The notes: generated by a model from the sequence alone, not told the origin. DNA of 27,003 bases from Chloroflexota bacterium (GCA_027623195.1 JAQBUT010000034.1:1-27003), one strand, 5' to 3'. Positions 17,425-26,946 are shown, counted from the first letter of the stretch. Translations and numbers: made by a program.

Positions 17425-18432
17425 TTAACCCTTCACCCTCGGAATCACATCTCGGCCCATGATTTCGATCTGCTCCAGGGCCTTGGCCTGGGGCATGCCC
17501 GGCCACTGCATCCGAAACACCAGGTAGTTGATCCCCAATTCCTCGTCATAGCGCTTGATCTCACTCACCACATCGTCCGGCGAGCCCAGCAGGAAGCGGT
17601 CCCGGGCCAAATCTTCGTAAGGCACGGAGAAGCTCTCCTCGCCGGGCAAGGCCTTGTCCTGTCCCCACGAGGCATAAGCGGCATACTTGCCCTCCAGGAA
17701 AGGCTGACTTTCAGCGTAGGCAGCGTCCCTATCCACCGCAACGTACAGCTCACGTATCATGGGCAAATCAGCGGGATGTGGTTGACCTGCTTTTGCCAGC
17801 TCATCACGGTACATGGCTAGCTGGCCTGACACCGTAGTCATGGTGGCGTGGGGATTAATCAGCCAGGCGTAGCCCCACCGGGCAGCGCGACGTATTGCTA
17901 CGTCGGCGTTGGCAGCCACCCAGATAGGCGGATGCGGCTCTTGCACAGTGCGTGTCGACGTTTTGGTCTTCGGCACCTGGTAGTACTTGCCGTTGTACTC
18001 CACCTCGTCCTCGGTGAGCAGAAGCTTGGTCGCCTCCAACACCTCGCGCATGCGGCCGACACGCTCTTTTGCCGCGACCCCAAACGAGCCGTACTCTTCG
18101 TCGCGGTAACCCAGGCCGATGCCGAATACAAACCGACCGTTGCAGATGGCGTCCATAGTAGCCAGGTTCTCGGCCAGCGCGACGGGATTGTGCAGCGGCA
18201 GTAGCAACACGGACGCGGCCACCTGCATGTCGCCAGCCTCCGCAGCCATGCGCGCCAGGAACGGCAGCGAGGCCGCCATTTGGTACGGCGCGGAGAGGAA
18301 GTGCTCACCACAGCCTATGAGGTCAAAGCCAGCGTCCCGCGCTGCCCGCGTCTGCTCGGCGCTGTCGGCTATCTGCTGCGCCAGCGTGTATTCGCCGGAG
18401 CTTTGTGTATTGAGAAACAGTCCGATTTTCAT
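17425..18432 (-). CDS. LLM-class flavin-dependent oxidoreductase
   Basis: GEHFL, HNPVALAENLATMDAICNGR, GLGYR, QEPHPPIWVA. Start at ATG 18432 (MKIGLF) after GGAGGAG. Confidence 0.93.
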   Translation of the reverse strand: MKIGLFLNTQSSGEYTLAQQIADSAEQTRAARDAGFDLIGCGEHFLSAPYQMAASLPFLARMAAEAGDMQVAASVLLLPLHNPVALAENLATMDAICNGRFVFGIGLGYRDEEYGSFGVAAKERVGRMREVLEATKLLLTEDEVEYNGKYYQVPKTKTSTRTVQEPHPPIWVAANADVAIRRAARWGYAWLINPHATMTTVSGQLAMYRDELAKAGQPHPADLPMIRELYVAVDRDAAYAESQPFLEGKYAAYASWGQDKALPGEESFSVPYEDLARDRFLLGSPDDVVSEIKRYDEELGINYLVFRMQWPGMPQAKALEQIEIMGRDVIPRVKG

Positions 18433-18592
18433 TCTTCTCCTCCACAGCGAAGGGTTTGCAGTTATGGCTCGAAACAAAATAATAGCTATGGGTTATGCGC
18501 TTCGTAACATGGTACAGGACTGCTCACATTGATACACATCAACGGGGGGAAACTGGTAACCTAACCGCCCTTCCCGAACAATGAGGATGACA

Positions 18593-19125
18593 ATGCGTAC
18601 TGTATCCCCCACCCTGCTGGCTGGTCTCGTTTTCATCGCCGCCCTATCCCCCGCTTTCATTTTTATTAAATTTTGCCCGGCTGTCGGCAGTAGCGAGGCC
18701 AGACTCGTTTACACAGGTACCGAGGCACTGGTCACGTCATCTGGATCGTAGTCGTAGCCCTGTGCGTAGGAGGCATAGCTCTATACGCCGCACGACGATT
18801 CAGCCTCTTAAAGGAAGCTGACGCGAAAATTGATGAACTTTATCGGCTGTCCATTAGCGACGGGCGGGTCTCCAGGGGTCCCGAGCAAATCACCCTGGCC
18901 CCCCTGCAGTTCAAGCTTCTGGAATACCTAAACAGGAGTGATGGCTCCATACGCACCACAGAGGACATACTCCAAGAGCTGTATGGCAATACTGAAGACC
19001 GACCAGCCCTTAACCAGTTGATCAATCGACTCCGGGCAGAGCTCAATATCCACGATTATATCGGAGGCAACGAAAATAACCTTGGCTGTTGGCATTCAGC
19101 CAGTGGACTCCACCCAATATGCTAG
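18593..19125 (+). pseudogene. Frameshifted membrane-anchored protein with a C-terminal OmpR/PhoB-type winged-helix domain
   Basis: 18593-18751 encodes a hydrophobic N-terminus (MRTVSPTLLAGLVFIAALSPAF). A different frame, open 18694-19125 with no upstream start codon, encodes a TM helix (VIWIVVVALCVGGIALYAARR) then ITLAPLQFKLLEYL...RTTEDILQELYG...ALNQLINRLRAEL. Confidence 0.7.
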
Positions 19126-19255
19126 ATAAAGCACCCTAACCAGGCCTTCGTTATCGAGTTGTTAGTGCAATGTTAGCGTGAACTGGCTACACGTAGTTGC
19201 ACCAAAGCAGGCGATGTGATGATGTAATGACAACCCACATAAGGAGCCTGGATAT

Positions 19256-19959
19256 ATGAAACGAACGCTCTTCCTAGCGATAACCGGACTGCTTGCAATA
19301 GCTCTGGCCTGCACTGGCGAGGTCACGACCACGGCAGACCTGACGTCGTCGCCGGCTTTATCTCGCCAGCCCGTTACGCAAGAGCCTCTATCAGCGGAGG
19401 GTGTTCCCAATTCGGCGACGTCCTCACCTGCGATCACGCCAACCGCGACACTAATTCCCGGCCCTACTCCGATTCCTTCTTCAGCGTCTTTTTCAATCGA
19501 CGTTGATTCCCGACCCGCGCCTCTGGTGGCTGAGTTCAGCAATACCTCCCAGGGGCAGATATTGGCTATCACGGTATTGAAAACAGCATTGCCGTTGAGT
19601 TCGATACATACCAAGATGTGGTATTCCCTGAACCAGACGGCAATCACATCAGCGTTCATACTCGAGGGGTATTCGCCAATCACATAGGCGATGAGTACTC
19701 TTTAGGCAAGGTCACACCGGATATCCATCTGCATGACGAACAGGCTCATGTGGTGAAAATCGATTATTCCCCCGGTACTATGACCATTTTTCTTGACGAT
19801 ATTGAAGAGCCTGTTTTAGAGATTTCAGTGGACATAGCCGATACCCTGGAATTGGACAGTGGCAATGCATGGGTTTGGTTCACATCTGACACCGGCGGGG
19901 GAACTGCGGATATTCATGACATTCTCAGTTGGTCGTTCAGCCCCGTAATCACGCAATAA
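19256..19959 (+). pseudogene. Lipoprotein with the start of a PKD-like domain joined out of frame to the C-terminal half of an L-type (legume) lectin domain
   Basis: Lipobox (ALAC), Pro/Thr linker and ASFSIDVDSRPAPLVAEFSNTSQG in one frame. From about 19552 another frame reads GADIGYHGIENSIAVEFDTYQD...NHISVH...AWVWFTSDTGG...HDILSWSF. Confidence 0.8.
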
Positions 19960-20034
19960 GATTTGGGTAGTACATTCCCCCGTAATTAGCTTCAGTTGCG
20001 CCATGGGGTGGGCTACCGCCAACTCCACCCAACT

Positions 20035-21792
20035 CTATCTCCCGAACTCCCGCTCTAAGTGCGTGGCGCTGAGGTGAATCATGGTTGGCCTGCCGTGGGG
20101 ACAACTGTGAGGCTGATTGCAACCTTCAAGCTGCCGGGTCAGCGCCACCATCTCCTGATGGGTCATGACCTTGCCTGCGCGAATTGCGCTGTGGCAGGCA
20201 ATGGAGTACGCCGCCCGCTGCTGCCACGTCTCAGGGTCGCCGCCCTCGGATAGCTCGTCGAGAACGTCGACAAGGGCGTTGGCAGGGTCGGCCTCCGCCA
20301 GTATGCTGGGCACTCCCCGAATCAGGAAAAGGTCTCCGCCGAAAGGCTCCACCAGCAGGCCCAAGGCAGCAAACGACGCCTGATTGTCCTGGAGAAGCTC
20401 TTGCTGCCGAGGATTTAGATCGAGCGTGGCCGGCTCCATAAGTATCTGCACTTCAGGAGCGCTGGCTGCCGCGTCGGCCTGAATCTTCTCGAAAACCACC
20501 CGCTCGTGGGCGGCGTGCTGGTCGATGAGGAACATGCCGTCAGGGCCCTCAGCGGCAATATACGTGTTTTGCACCTGGCCCAACACTCGAAGCACTGGCA
20601 AGGCAGACTTGGGGCTCAGAGATTCTTCGAAGGGCAATCCAGCGTCAGACAAGGCATGAACGCCCTCACCATTGGTCTGGACGGATGCAGCAGACCCACG
20701 CGAAAAGGGCTGGACGGGCCAGAAAGTTGAAACGGCCCGTCTCTGTGCGTCCGAAAAGCCACCGGCCGTTACCTGGGCGCGACGCATCTCAGGCACAGGC
20801 GTATGGGCCGTCAGCGTCTGTCGGACGGCATGCTGGACCGCCGAAAAAACCTGGTCCTGACGGCGGAACCTTACCTCTGTTTTTGCTGGATGTGCATTCA
20901 CATCCACGTCCTCAAATGGTATGGAGATATTAAGCACCGCCATTGGAAACCGGCGTTCCTTCAGGAAGCCGTGGTACGCCTGCTCCACCGCCACATTCAG
21001 GGCGCGACTCTGCACCCAGCGCCTGTTCACGAAGAGGCTGATGTAGTTGCGGTTTGCACGGTCCACTGTCGGCGCTCCCACAACGCCTGTAACTGACGGC
21101 GTCTCATCCTCCGCATCCTCCAGGCGAGAGATTTCCAGCATGGCCTGCGCTACGTCCCGACTATACACAGCGGCCACCGCCTCCAACAGGTCGCCAGTGC
21201 CGAGACTGGCAAACCTGGACCGGCCAGCAGTGAGATGAAAGCGTATCTCGGGGTAGGCCAGCGCGTAGCGGGTCACCAGCGTCTGCACGCGGGTGGACTC
21301 GGAGCCGGGCGAGCGCAAGAACTTACGGCGGGCAGGCACGTTGCGAAAGAGTTGCTGCACGGTGATGATGGTCCCCGGAGAAGCGCCCTCACGTTCTTTG
21401 TCCCTGACCTGACTCTCGAAAATTTCCAGGCGAGCGCCACTTTCGGCGTCGGCGTGGCGGGTGACCATGGTGACCTGAGACACGGATGCTATGCTAGGCA
21501 GGGCCTCGCCGCGAAAGCCCAGCGTGGCGATGGACTCCAGGTCATCTGCAACCGAGAGCTTGCTGGTGGCGAACCTCTCGAAGGCCAATTCTACCTCGTC
21601 GAAAGGAATGCCAGCGCCATTGTCAGCCACGCGAATGAGTTCGACGCCCCCGCCCTGAATCTCGACCGATATCTCGGTGGCCCCGGCGTCGATGGAGTTC
21701 TCCACCAGCTCCTTAACGACAGACGCAGGGCGCTCAATGACCTCGCCGGCGGCGATCATGGAGGAGACTTCAGGGGTAAGTTTTTCAATCAT
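20035..21792 (-). CDS. mutL: DNA mismatch repair endonuclease MutL
   Basis: IAAGEVIERPASVVKELVENSIDAG, GFRGEAL, endonuclease motif DQHAAHER, ACH, CPHGRP. Confidence 0.98.
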   Translation of the reverse strand: MIEKLTPEVSSMIAAGEVIERPASVVKELVENSIDAGATEISVEIQGGGVELIRVADNGAGIPFDEVELAFERFATSKLSVADDLESIATLGFRGEALPSIASVSQVTMVTRHADAESGARLEIFESQVRDKEREGASPGTIITVQQLFRNVPARRKFLRSPGSESTRVQTLVTRYALAYPEIRFHLTAGRSRFASLGTGDLLEAVAAVYSRDVAQAMLEISRLEDAEDETPSVTGVVGAPTVDRANRNYISLFVNRRWVQSRALNVAVEQAYHGFLKERRFPMAVLNISIPFEDVDVNAHPAKTEVRFRRQDQVFSAVQHAVRQTLTAHTPVPEMRRAQVTAGGFSDAQRRAVSTFWPVQPFSRGSAASVQTNGEGVHALSDAGLPFEESLSPKSALPVLRVLGQVQNTYIAAEGPDGMFLIDQHAAHERVVFEKIQADAAASAPEVQILMEPATLDLNPRQQELLQDNQASFAALGLLVEPFGGDLFLIRGVPSILAEADPANALVDVLDELSEGGDPETWQQRAAYSIACHSAIRAGKVMTHQEMVALTRQLEGCNQPHSCPHGRPTMIHLSATHLEREFGR

Positions 21793-21838
21793 TCTTAAAC
21801 CGCGTATTTCGTGCCAGCCATGTGGCCAGAGAAACTTA

Positions 21839-21952
21839 TCATTCCGAGCGGAATTCGCCGAGGAGGAGGAAAGAACGCTCCGTGGCGGATAAGGCCTTTG
21901 CCGTTACCAAGAGGCACACGCTGCAGATTCCTCGCTGCGGTTCGGAATGACA
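21839..21952. repeat. Second type of REP/MITE-like element upstream of mutL
   Basis: Terminal inverted repeats TCATTCCGA (21839-21847) and TCGGAATGA (21942-21950); right arm AGATTCCTCGCTGCGGTTCGGAATGACA. Confidence 0.55.
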
Positions 21953-22051
21953 GAAAACTCGCCACTATCCCAAACGGCAACCCTCATATGTTCTTCAACC
22001 AATTAATCGAGTACCCAATTAAGGAACGATAACTGTCTTCGCCTCGGGGCG

Positions 22052-22471
22052 CTAAGTCCCCGAACGGTACGCGTCGTGCTCCGAGCCGCCCGTGGCAACC
22101 ACGTCGGCGATGACCCGATAAATCTGCTGCATCTCGGTGTCGTTGGCGTTGCGCCAATAGTAGGGACTACAAACGAAACCGCCAAAGTTTCGAACTATCT
22201 CCGGGTGATCGTCAATCACGAAGTCCGGTCTCGTCGTAACGCCCCATGTAGCCAGACCCTGCTCGTAGTCCTCGATAGGCTTCTGGAAGATATCCGACAC
22301 GTAGCTCTCAAGGCCCAGACGCCGAACCTCCGCCCTACGAATGCCCACCCCAGACCAGACGTATACCACATGACCGTCTGCAATCAGCTTCTGAAACGTC
22401 TCCTCGGTGTCGGGCCGCATGCTGCCGTCCGCTCCCAGGATGGTGTAGTCGACATCAAAAAAGATGTTCAT
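22052..22471 (-). CDS. Small capless HAD-superfamily hydrolase
   Basis: Motif I FFDVDYT, motif II VWSG, motif III QKP, motif IV VIDD; 139 aa. Confidence 0.82.
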   Translation of the reverse strand: MNIFFDVDYTILGADGSMRPDTEETFQKLIADGHVVYVWSGVGIRRAEVRRLGLESYVSDIFQKPIEDYEQGLATWGVTTRPDFVIDDHPEIVRNFGGFVCSPYYWRNANDTEMQQIYRVIADVVATGGSEHDAYRSGT

Positions 22472-22528
22472 GCGATGTTAATTGACGTACTGCCGAACTC
22501 CGTGCCGTTCCATCGTTTGGACAAAAAA

Positions 22529-24187
22529 CTAAATTCCCGCCGCGTGGCCGTCGGTGCGAGGGTCTGCTGCGCCCATGCGAACGCCCGTCTCGGGATCGAT
22601 GAGAATGAGCTTCGTCGATCCTGGACGAACGTCGATGTGCTTGATGGTGTGGCCCTTGGCCCCCAGCTTGGCCAGCTCCTCGCCAGACATGCCGGGCTCC
22701 AACTCCAGCACTGGCAGGTCGTCGATGTTGGACGGGTCTGTGCCGGGCCACGAGTTCCAGCATGGCGCTTCCAGGGCCTCCTGCGCGCCCATACCGTAGT
22801 CGATGACGTTGGTTATCATCTGAGCGTTCCAGGCCACTTGACGGTCGCCGCCGGGTGTGCCCGCCACGATGTACGGCTTGTCGTCCTTCATGACCATGAA
22901 AGCATTCAGCGTGTGCATGGTCTTCTTGCCCGGCTCGATAACGTTGGGGTGGCCCTCCACTAAGGAGAAGCCGCGCCCTATGCGGTTGTTCAGCAGTACG
23001 CCGGTGCTTCCCGCCACGAACCGAGATCCGAATCCGTCGGATAGGCTGTGGATCATCGACACCGCGTTGCCCTCGCCGTCCACCACGCAGAAGTAGGTGG
23101 TGTCGTCTCCGCCAGCCATGATGGCACCCAGAGGCCCGGCCTCAACATTACCCACAGTCTTATCCATGCTGATCTCCCGGCGACGCATCTCGCCGAACTC
23201 CTTGGAAACCAACTCACTGGTGGGCGAATTAACGAACTCGGGATCGCCCATGTAGGCATTGCGGTCGGCGTAGGCCAGCTTCTTGGCCTCTACCATTGCA
23301 TGCACGGCGTCCGCCGAGTAGAAGCCCATGCCAGCAAGGTCGAAGCCCTCCATGATGTTCAGCATCTCCAGGAGAATCAGGCCCTGCGACGGCGGGTTAG
23401 TTTCGTAGACAGTGTGGCCCCTGTAGGTCGTGGATATGGGCGACTCGTAAAGGTCCGTCCTGTACTGGGCAAACTCTTCCTCTGTGTACAGGCTTCCGGC
23501 CGCCCGCAGAGCGCGCACCATCTCCTTGGCGATCTCGCCCCTGTAGAAGACGTCCGGACCTTGCGCCGCGACAGTCTTCAGCGTGTTAGCCAGATTCTTG
23601 TTGACCAGAACATCACCCGGCCCCAGGGCTGCGCCATAGCGGGTGAATATTGCGGCTGTGTCCGAGAACTCGCTGAGGGCATCCCGTGAGTTGGTGAATA
23701 TGTCGCCCAGGTGCTTCGACAGCACGAAACCGTTCTCCGCATACTCGATGGCGTACTCCAACAGCCTGGCCACCGGCATAGTGCCGAAGTTCTTTTGGAT
23801 GACGTAATAGGAGTCGATCTCGCCGGGAATGGCCGCTGAGTGGGGACCCGTTCGCGGCATAGTCTTGTAGCCCCGGCTGACGTAGTAGTCGCGGTCGACG
23901 GCCATGGGAGCCTTGCCGCTGCCGTTCAGGCCATACACCTTGCCGGTCTTGGCCTCGAACATGATGATGAAGGGCTCGCCGCCAATGCCGCACCACATGG
24001 GGCATGTGACCGCCTCCACGGCAGCCATGGCTATTGCAGCATCAAAGGCGTTGCCGCCCTCTGACAGCACCCGCACTCCGGTGGTCGCCGCCATGGACGA
24101 CTGCGATGAAACGACGCCTCCTTTTGTGTACACGGCGCTCCTGCCGGTCTTGATGCTGGGTCCCGTTGCTGTGCCGTTGCTGCTCAT
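22529..24187 (-). CDS. ggt: Gamma-glutamyltransferase family protein (Ntn hydrolase)
   Basis: GGNAFDAAIA, GIGG, autoprocessing Thr in DDTTYFCVVDGEGNAVS, LNNR, GTPGG, ADPR. Start at ATG 24187 after GGGGAGGG. Confidence 0.93.
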   Translation of the reverse strand: MSSNGTATGPSIKTGRSAVYTKGGVVSSQSSMAATTGVRVLSEGGNAFDAAIAMAAVEAVTCPMWCGIGGEPFIIMFEAKTGKVYGLNGSGKAPMAVDRDYYVSRGYKTMPRTGPHSAAIPGEIDSYYVIQKNFGTMPVARLLEYAIEYAENGFVLSKHLGDIFTNSRDALSEFSDTAAIFTRYGAALGPGDVLVNKNLANTLKTVAAQGPDVFYRGEIAKEMVRALRAAGSLYTEEEFAQYRTDLYESPISTTYRGHTVYETNPPSQGLILLEMLNIMEGFDLAGMGFYSADAVHAMVEAKKLAYADRNAYMGDPEFVNSPTSELVSKEFGEMRRREISMDKTVGNVEAGPLGAIMAGGDDTTYFCVVDGEGNAVSMIHSLSDGFGSRFVAGSTGVLLNNRIGRGFSLVEGHPNVIEPGKKTMHTLNAFMVMKDDKPYIVAGTPGGDRQVAWNAQMITNVIDYGMGAQEALEAPCWNSWPGTDPSNIDDLPVLELEPGMSGEELAKLGAKGHTIKHIDVRPGSTKLILIDPETGVRMGAADPRTDGHAAGI

Positions 24188-24227
24188 GAAGCCCTCCCCG
24201 ACCATTTTAGGCGTTGGAAATTACTAC

Positions 24228-24239
24228 GCTATAATAGCA
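24228..24239. promoter_or_regulatory. Overlapping divergent -10 elements between ggt and the dehydratase
   Basis: Palindrome GCTATAATAGC gives TATAAT on + and TGcTATTAT on -. Confidence 0.5.
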
Positions 24240-24305
24240 CAGGACACGGCCACCCTTTATACTGACCCCAGACACGGAACCCACCGAATTTAACAGGAGC
24301 AAACA

Positions 24306-25304
24306 TTGGCTGACCGACCCACTCTTCAAGACGTTATCGCCGCCAAACAACGCATCGCGCCGTACATATGGCGTACTCCCCTGCACCACTACCTGGGCCT
24401 GGACAAGCTACTCGGCGCCGAGGTATGGGTGAAGCATGAGAATCACCAGGTGCTGGGCGCGTTCAAGGTACGCGGTGGCGTCAACCTGATATCCCAGATG
24501 TCGGACGAGGAGAAGCAGCGCGGGGTAATCACTGCGTCGTCGGGGAACCACGGCCAGTCCATAGCCTACTCCGCCGGGCTGTTCGGAGCGACGTGCGTCG
24601 TGTGTGTGCCAGAGGGGGCGAACCCCGGCAAGATCGAGTCCATGGAGAACCTTGGCGCAAAGGTAATCCAGCACGGCCCCTACTTTGACGTTTCGCGGGA
24701 GCACGCGGAGCGGCTGGCAAAGGAGGAGGGCTACCGTTTCGTGCACGCCGTCAACGACGCCACGCTGATAGCAGGCGTCGGCACCTACGCGCTGGAGATT
24801 CTGGAAGACCTACCTGACGTGGATGTCATCATCGTCCCATTAGGCGGCGGCAGCGGGGCCAGCGGCGTAGGCATCGTGGCCAAGAGCATCAATCCCAATA
24901 TCCAAGTGATCGCGGTGCAAGCCGAGCGGGCGCAAGCGGGTTACCAGTCGTGGAAGACCGGCACGCTGGCGAAGTCCCCCATGACCAGCAAGGCCGAGGG
25001 CCTGGCCACCGGCATGGGCTACGAACTGCCCCAAAGCATCCTTAAGGACGTGCTGGACGACTTCGTGCTGGTGTCCGACGAGGAGATGGACCGGGCCGTC
25101 GTCACCCACCTGGAGAAGACCCACAACCTGACGGAGCACGCCGGGGCGGCGTCGCTGGCGGGCGCGCTGAAGATCAAGGACCGCCTGCGCGGCAAAAAAG
25201 TAGCCCTGGTAATGAGCGGCGGCAACATCTCCATAGAGCACCTCAAGGGAGCGTTGGGAGTGGGGGGGGATAGGCGACGGTGCCTGCCGAATCAGGGATA
25301 CTGA
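24306..25304 (+). CDS. PLP-dependent threonine/serine dehydratase (fold type II, no regulatory domain)
   Basis: KHENHQVLGAFKVRG (PLP lysine), ASSGNHG, PLGGGSG, SGGN; TTG start after AGGAG. Confidence 0.93.
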   Translation: MADRPTLQDVIAAKQRIAPYIWRTPLHHYLGLDKLLGAEVWVKHENHQVLGAFKVRGGVNLISQMSDEEKQRGVITASSGNHGQSIAYSAGLFGATCVVCVPEGANPGKIESMENLGAKVIQHGPYFDVSREHAERLAKEEGYRFVHAVNDATLIAGVGTYALEILEDLPDVDVIIVPLGGGSGASGVGIVAKSINPNIQVIAVQAERAQAGYQSWKTGTLAKSPMTSKAEGLATGMGYELPQSILKDVLDDFVLVSDEEMDRAVVTHLEKTHNLTEHAGAASLAGALKIKDRLRGKKVALVMSGGNISIEHLKGALGVGGDRRRCLPNQGY

Positions 25305-25360
25305 AATTGTCATCATAGATAGTGTAGATGACTATTCCTTGATGATTTGCGGTGGACTAA

Positions 25361-25702
25361 TTGTCGTTCAGTGAGTGGTTCGATTTCTGGGCTATTTTTT
25401 ATGTGGGCTACGCCGTGTACCTGGCCGTGACATCTGCGGTGGCAATATTCTGGATAGTTTACGCCCGTAGGTCGCGCGGTTCGGCATTGGCATCATCGAC
25501 TGATTTTATTGCGACCGTCATGAAGTTCCAATATAAGTTGGTGTTCTCTCTGGTCAAGTTGGGAAGACCGCCTGCCAAATTGCCATCGGCGATTCCAACC
25601 TATAAGCAAATGTTCACAGTAGCGGGGACCACAGGCGTTGTAGTCGCCACCTCAGCCGGCATTATCGTTTTCTTCTTGCAGTGGGTGGAAAGCCTAGCCT
25701 GA
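25361..25702 (+). CDS. Hypothetical small membrane protein
   Basis: 113-aa ORF with hydrophobic N- and C-terminal segments; fills an otherwise empty gap; more AT-rich than neighbours; no family recognised. Confidence 0.55.
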   Translation: MSFSEWFDFWAIFYVGYAVYLAVTSAVAIFWIVYARRSRGSALASSTDFIATVMKFQYKLVFSLVKLGRPPAKLPSAIPTYKQMFTVAGTTGVVVATSAGIIVFFLQWVESLA

Positions 25703-25808
25703 AGGCATGGGTTGCGTCATTCGGCCCCTCGATTTTCATAGCAGACCCCGTAGGTATGCGCTCATGATTCGAGCTGCCTGACGCCCCTAAGAGCCGTGGC
25801 GATAAACG

Positions 25809-25834
25809 GGCTGCTGAAAACGGATTCAGCAGCC
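25809..25834. terminator. Hairpin between convergent genes
   Basis: Perfect 10-bp stem GGCTGCTGAA-AACGGA-TTCAGCAGCC, 10 nt past the DUF2182 stop; no clear U-tract. Confidence 0.5.
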
Positions 25835-25843
25835 TGTTCCTAA

Positions 25844-26653
25844 TCATGCAAGTTGGCCGACAATCATCCACAGTCCCCATACCACCAGTAGAACGCCAGT
25901 GGACTTGCTTATCCAGTGACCCGCCCGCGCGACCTTTTCAACTAGCACGAAGGCTGCCAGCGCGGCTATCCACAGAAGGTTCATGACGCCCAGAACGAAC
26001 AGCAGTGCCATGAGCACCCAACAGCAGCCGAGGCAGTACACGCCGTGTCGAAGTCCCATCTTGAGCGCCCCGCCGGTGCCCTCACGCCACTCAGCCATTA
26101 TGAATCCCAACGGCGTGCGACACTGAGTCAGGCACACATACTTAAGGCGACTCCATTGAAAGATGCCGGCGGCAATCAACAGGCCGCCGCCCAGGTAAGG
26201 AGTTGTGCTTACCATCATCGGCGACAGTAGCGACCCCACATGAAGGCCCCACTGGGCAAGTGAGGCCCCGGCAGCGAATAGGCTCCACACCACCACGTAG
26301 CCCCCGAGGAACACGCTGGTATGAACGAACGGCTTCTTCTGCTCGCGACGGCGGCGGTTCACCGTCGCAAATACAAGGATCATGGGCGCGGCGGTGGGGA
26401 CCATCATAGCCACCATCATCACAGCCCACATCACGAAGGTCAGCGAGAGGTCCACTACGTCCCATGAGCGTGTCTGAGCCGCCGCCATATCCGTGCCCAT
26501 GGAGCCGACATCCATCATCCCCATGCTGTTGCCCATGTCCCACGCCAGGTACAGCATGTAGGCCCAGGCCAGCGCCGCCACGCCCAAGATTCCGGCGACC
26601 ACTACGAGGCGGTCCTTCTTTAGGGCCGCCTCAAGTGGGTTGAAGCTCTGCAT
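25844..26653 (-). CDS. DUF2182 predicted metal-binding integral membrane protein
   Basis: MWAVMMVAMMVP, LKYVCLTQCRTP, GVYCLGCCWVLM, GVMNLLW, VEK motifs; Met-rich loop. Confidence 0.92.
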   Translation of the reverse strand: MQSFNPLEAALKKDRLVVVAGILGVAALAWAYMLYLAWDMGNSMGMMDVGSMGTDMAAAQTRSWDVVDLSLTFVMWAVMMVAMMVPTAAPMILVFATVNRRRREQKKPFVHTSVFLGGYVVVWSLFAAGASLAQWGLHVGSLLSPMMVSTTPYLGGGLLIAAGIFQWSRLKYVCLTQCRTPLGFIMAEWREGTGGALKMGLRHGVYCLGCCWVLMALLFVLGVMNLLWIAALAAFVLVEKVARAGHWISKSTGVLLVVWGLWMIVGQLA

Positions 26654-26673
26654 GTCTACGACCCCACACCCGA

Positions 26674-26946
26674 CTAATTCCCGTATGTAATCTGGGTCAC
26701 GAACCCTGCCTTATTCGGCCACGAAAACTCAAGGCCGTCTACGGAAGTTTTGCATTCCTTCGCCGATACCACATCAGCGCCCTTGAAGAGGAAGCCGGTT
26801 TGGTGCTCAATGCGAATACTCTCATCTTCACCGGTCACAGGGTTTTTGATCGGCTCGAAGGCCATTACCGTGTCACCCATGCTTACGCTGCTGCTCTTTC
26901 CATTCATATTGAAATTGAATGGGACAATCTGCGGTTTGAGGTGGTA
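26674..26946 (-). pseudogene. C-terminal fragment of a DUF1326-family protein, 5' part missing
   Basis: HLKPQIVPFNFNMNGK...EPIKNPVTGE...GFLFK directly upstream of DUF2182, its usual partner. The frame is closed upstream by TAG at 26986-26988, so the Cys-rich N-terminal half is absent. Confidence 0.7.

Noticed and set aside
3786..21792. nurA/herA, recQ and mutL as a single DNA-repair island
   Set aside because: They are separated by many unrelated metabolic genes in mixed orientation, with no shared regulatory motif found.
22076..22963. Long antisense or overlapping ORFs (e.g. 295 aa here; also 5102-5743, 14820-15476, 16136-16807, 23048-23689)
   Set aside because: Shadow ORFs opposite well-supported genes in GC-rich DNA, with no motifs.
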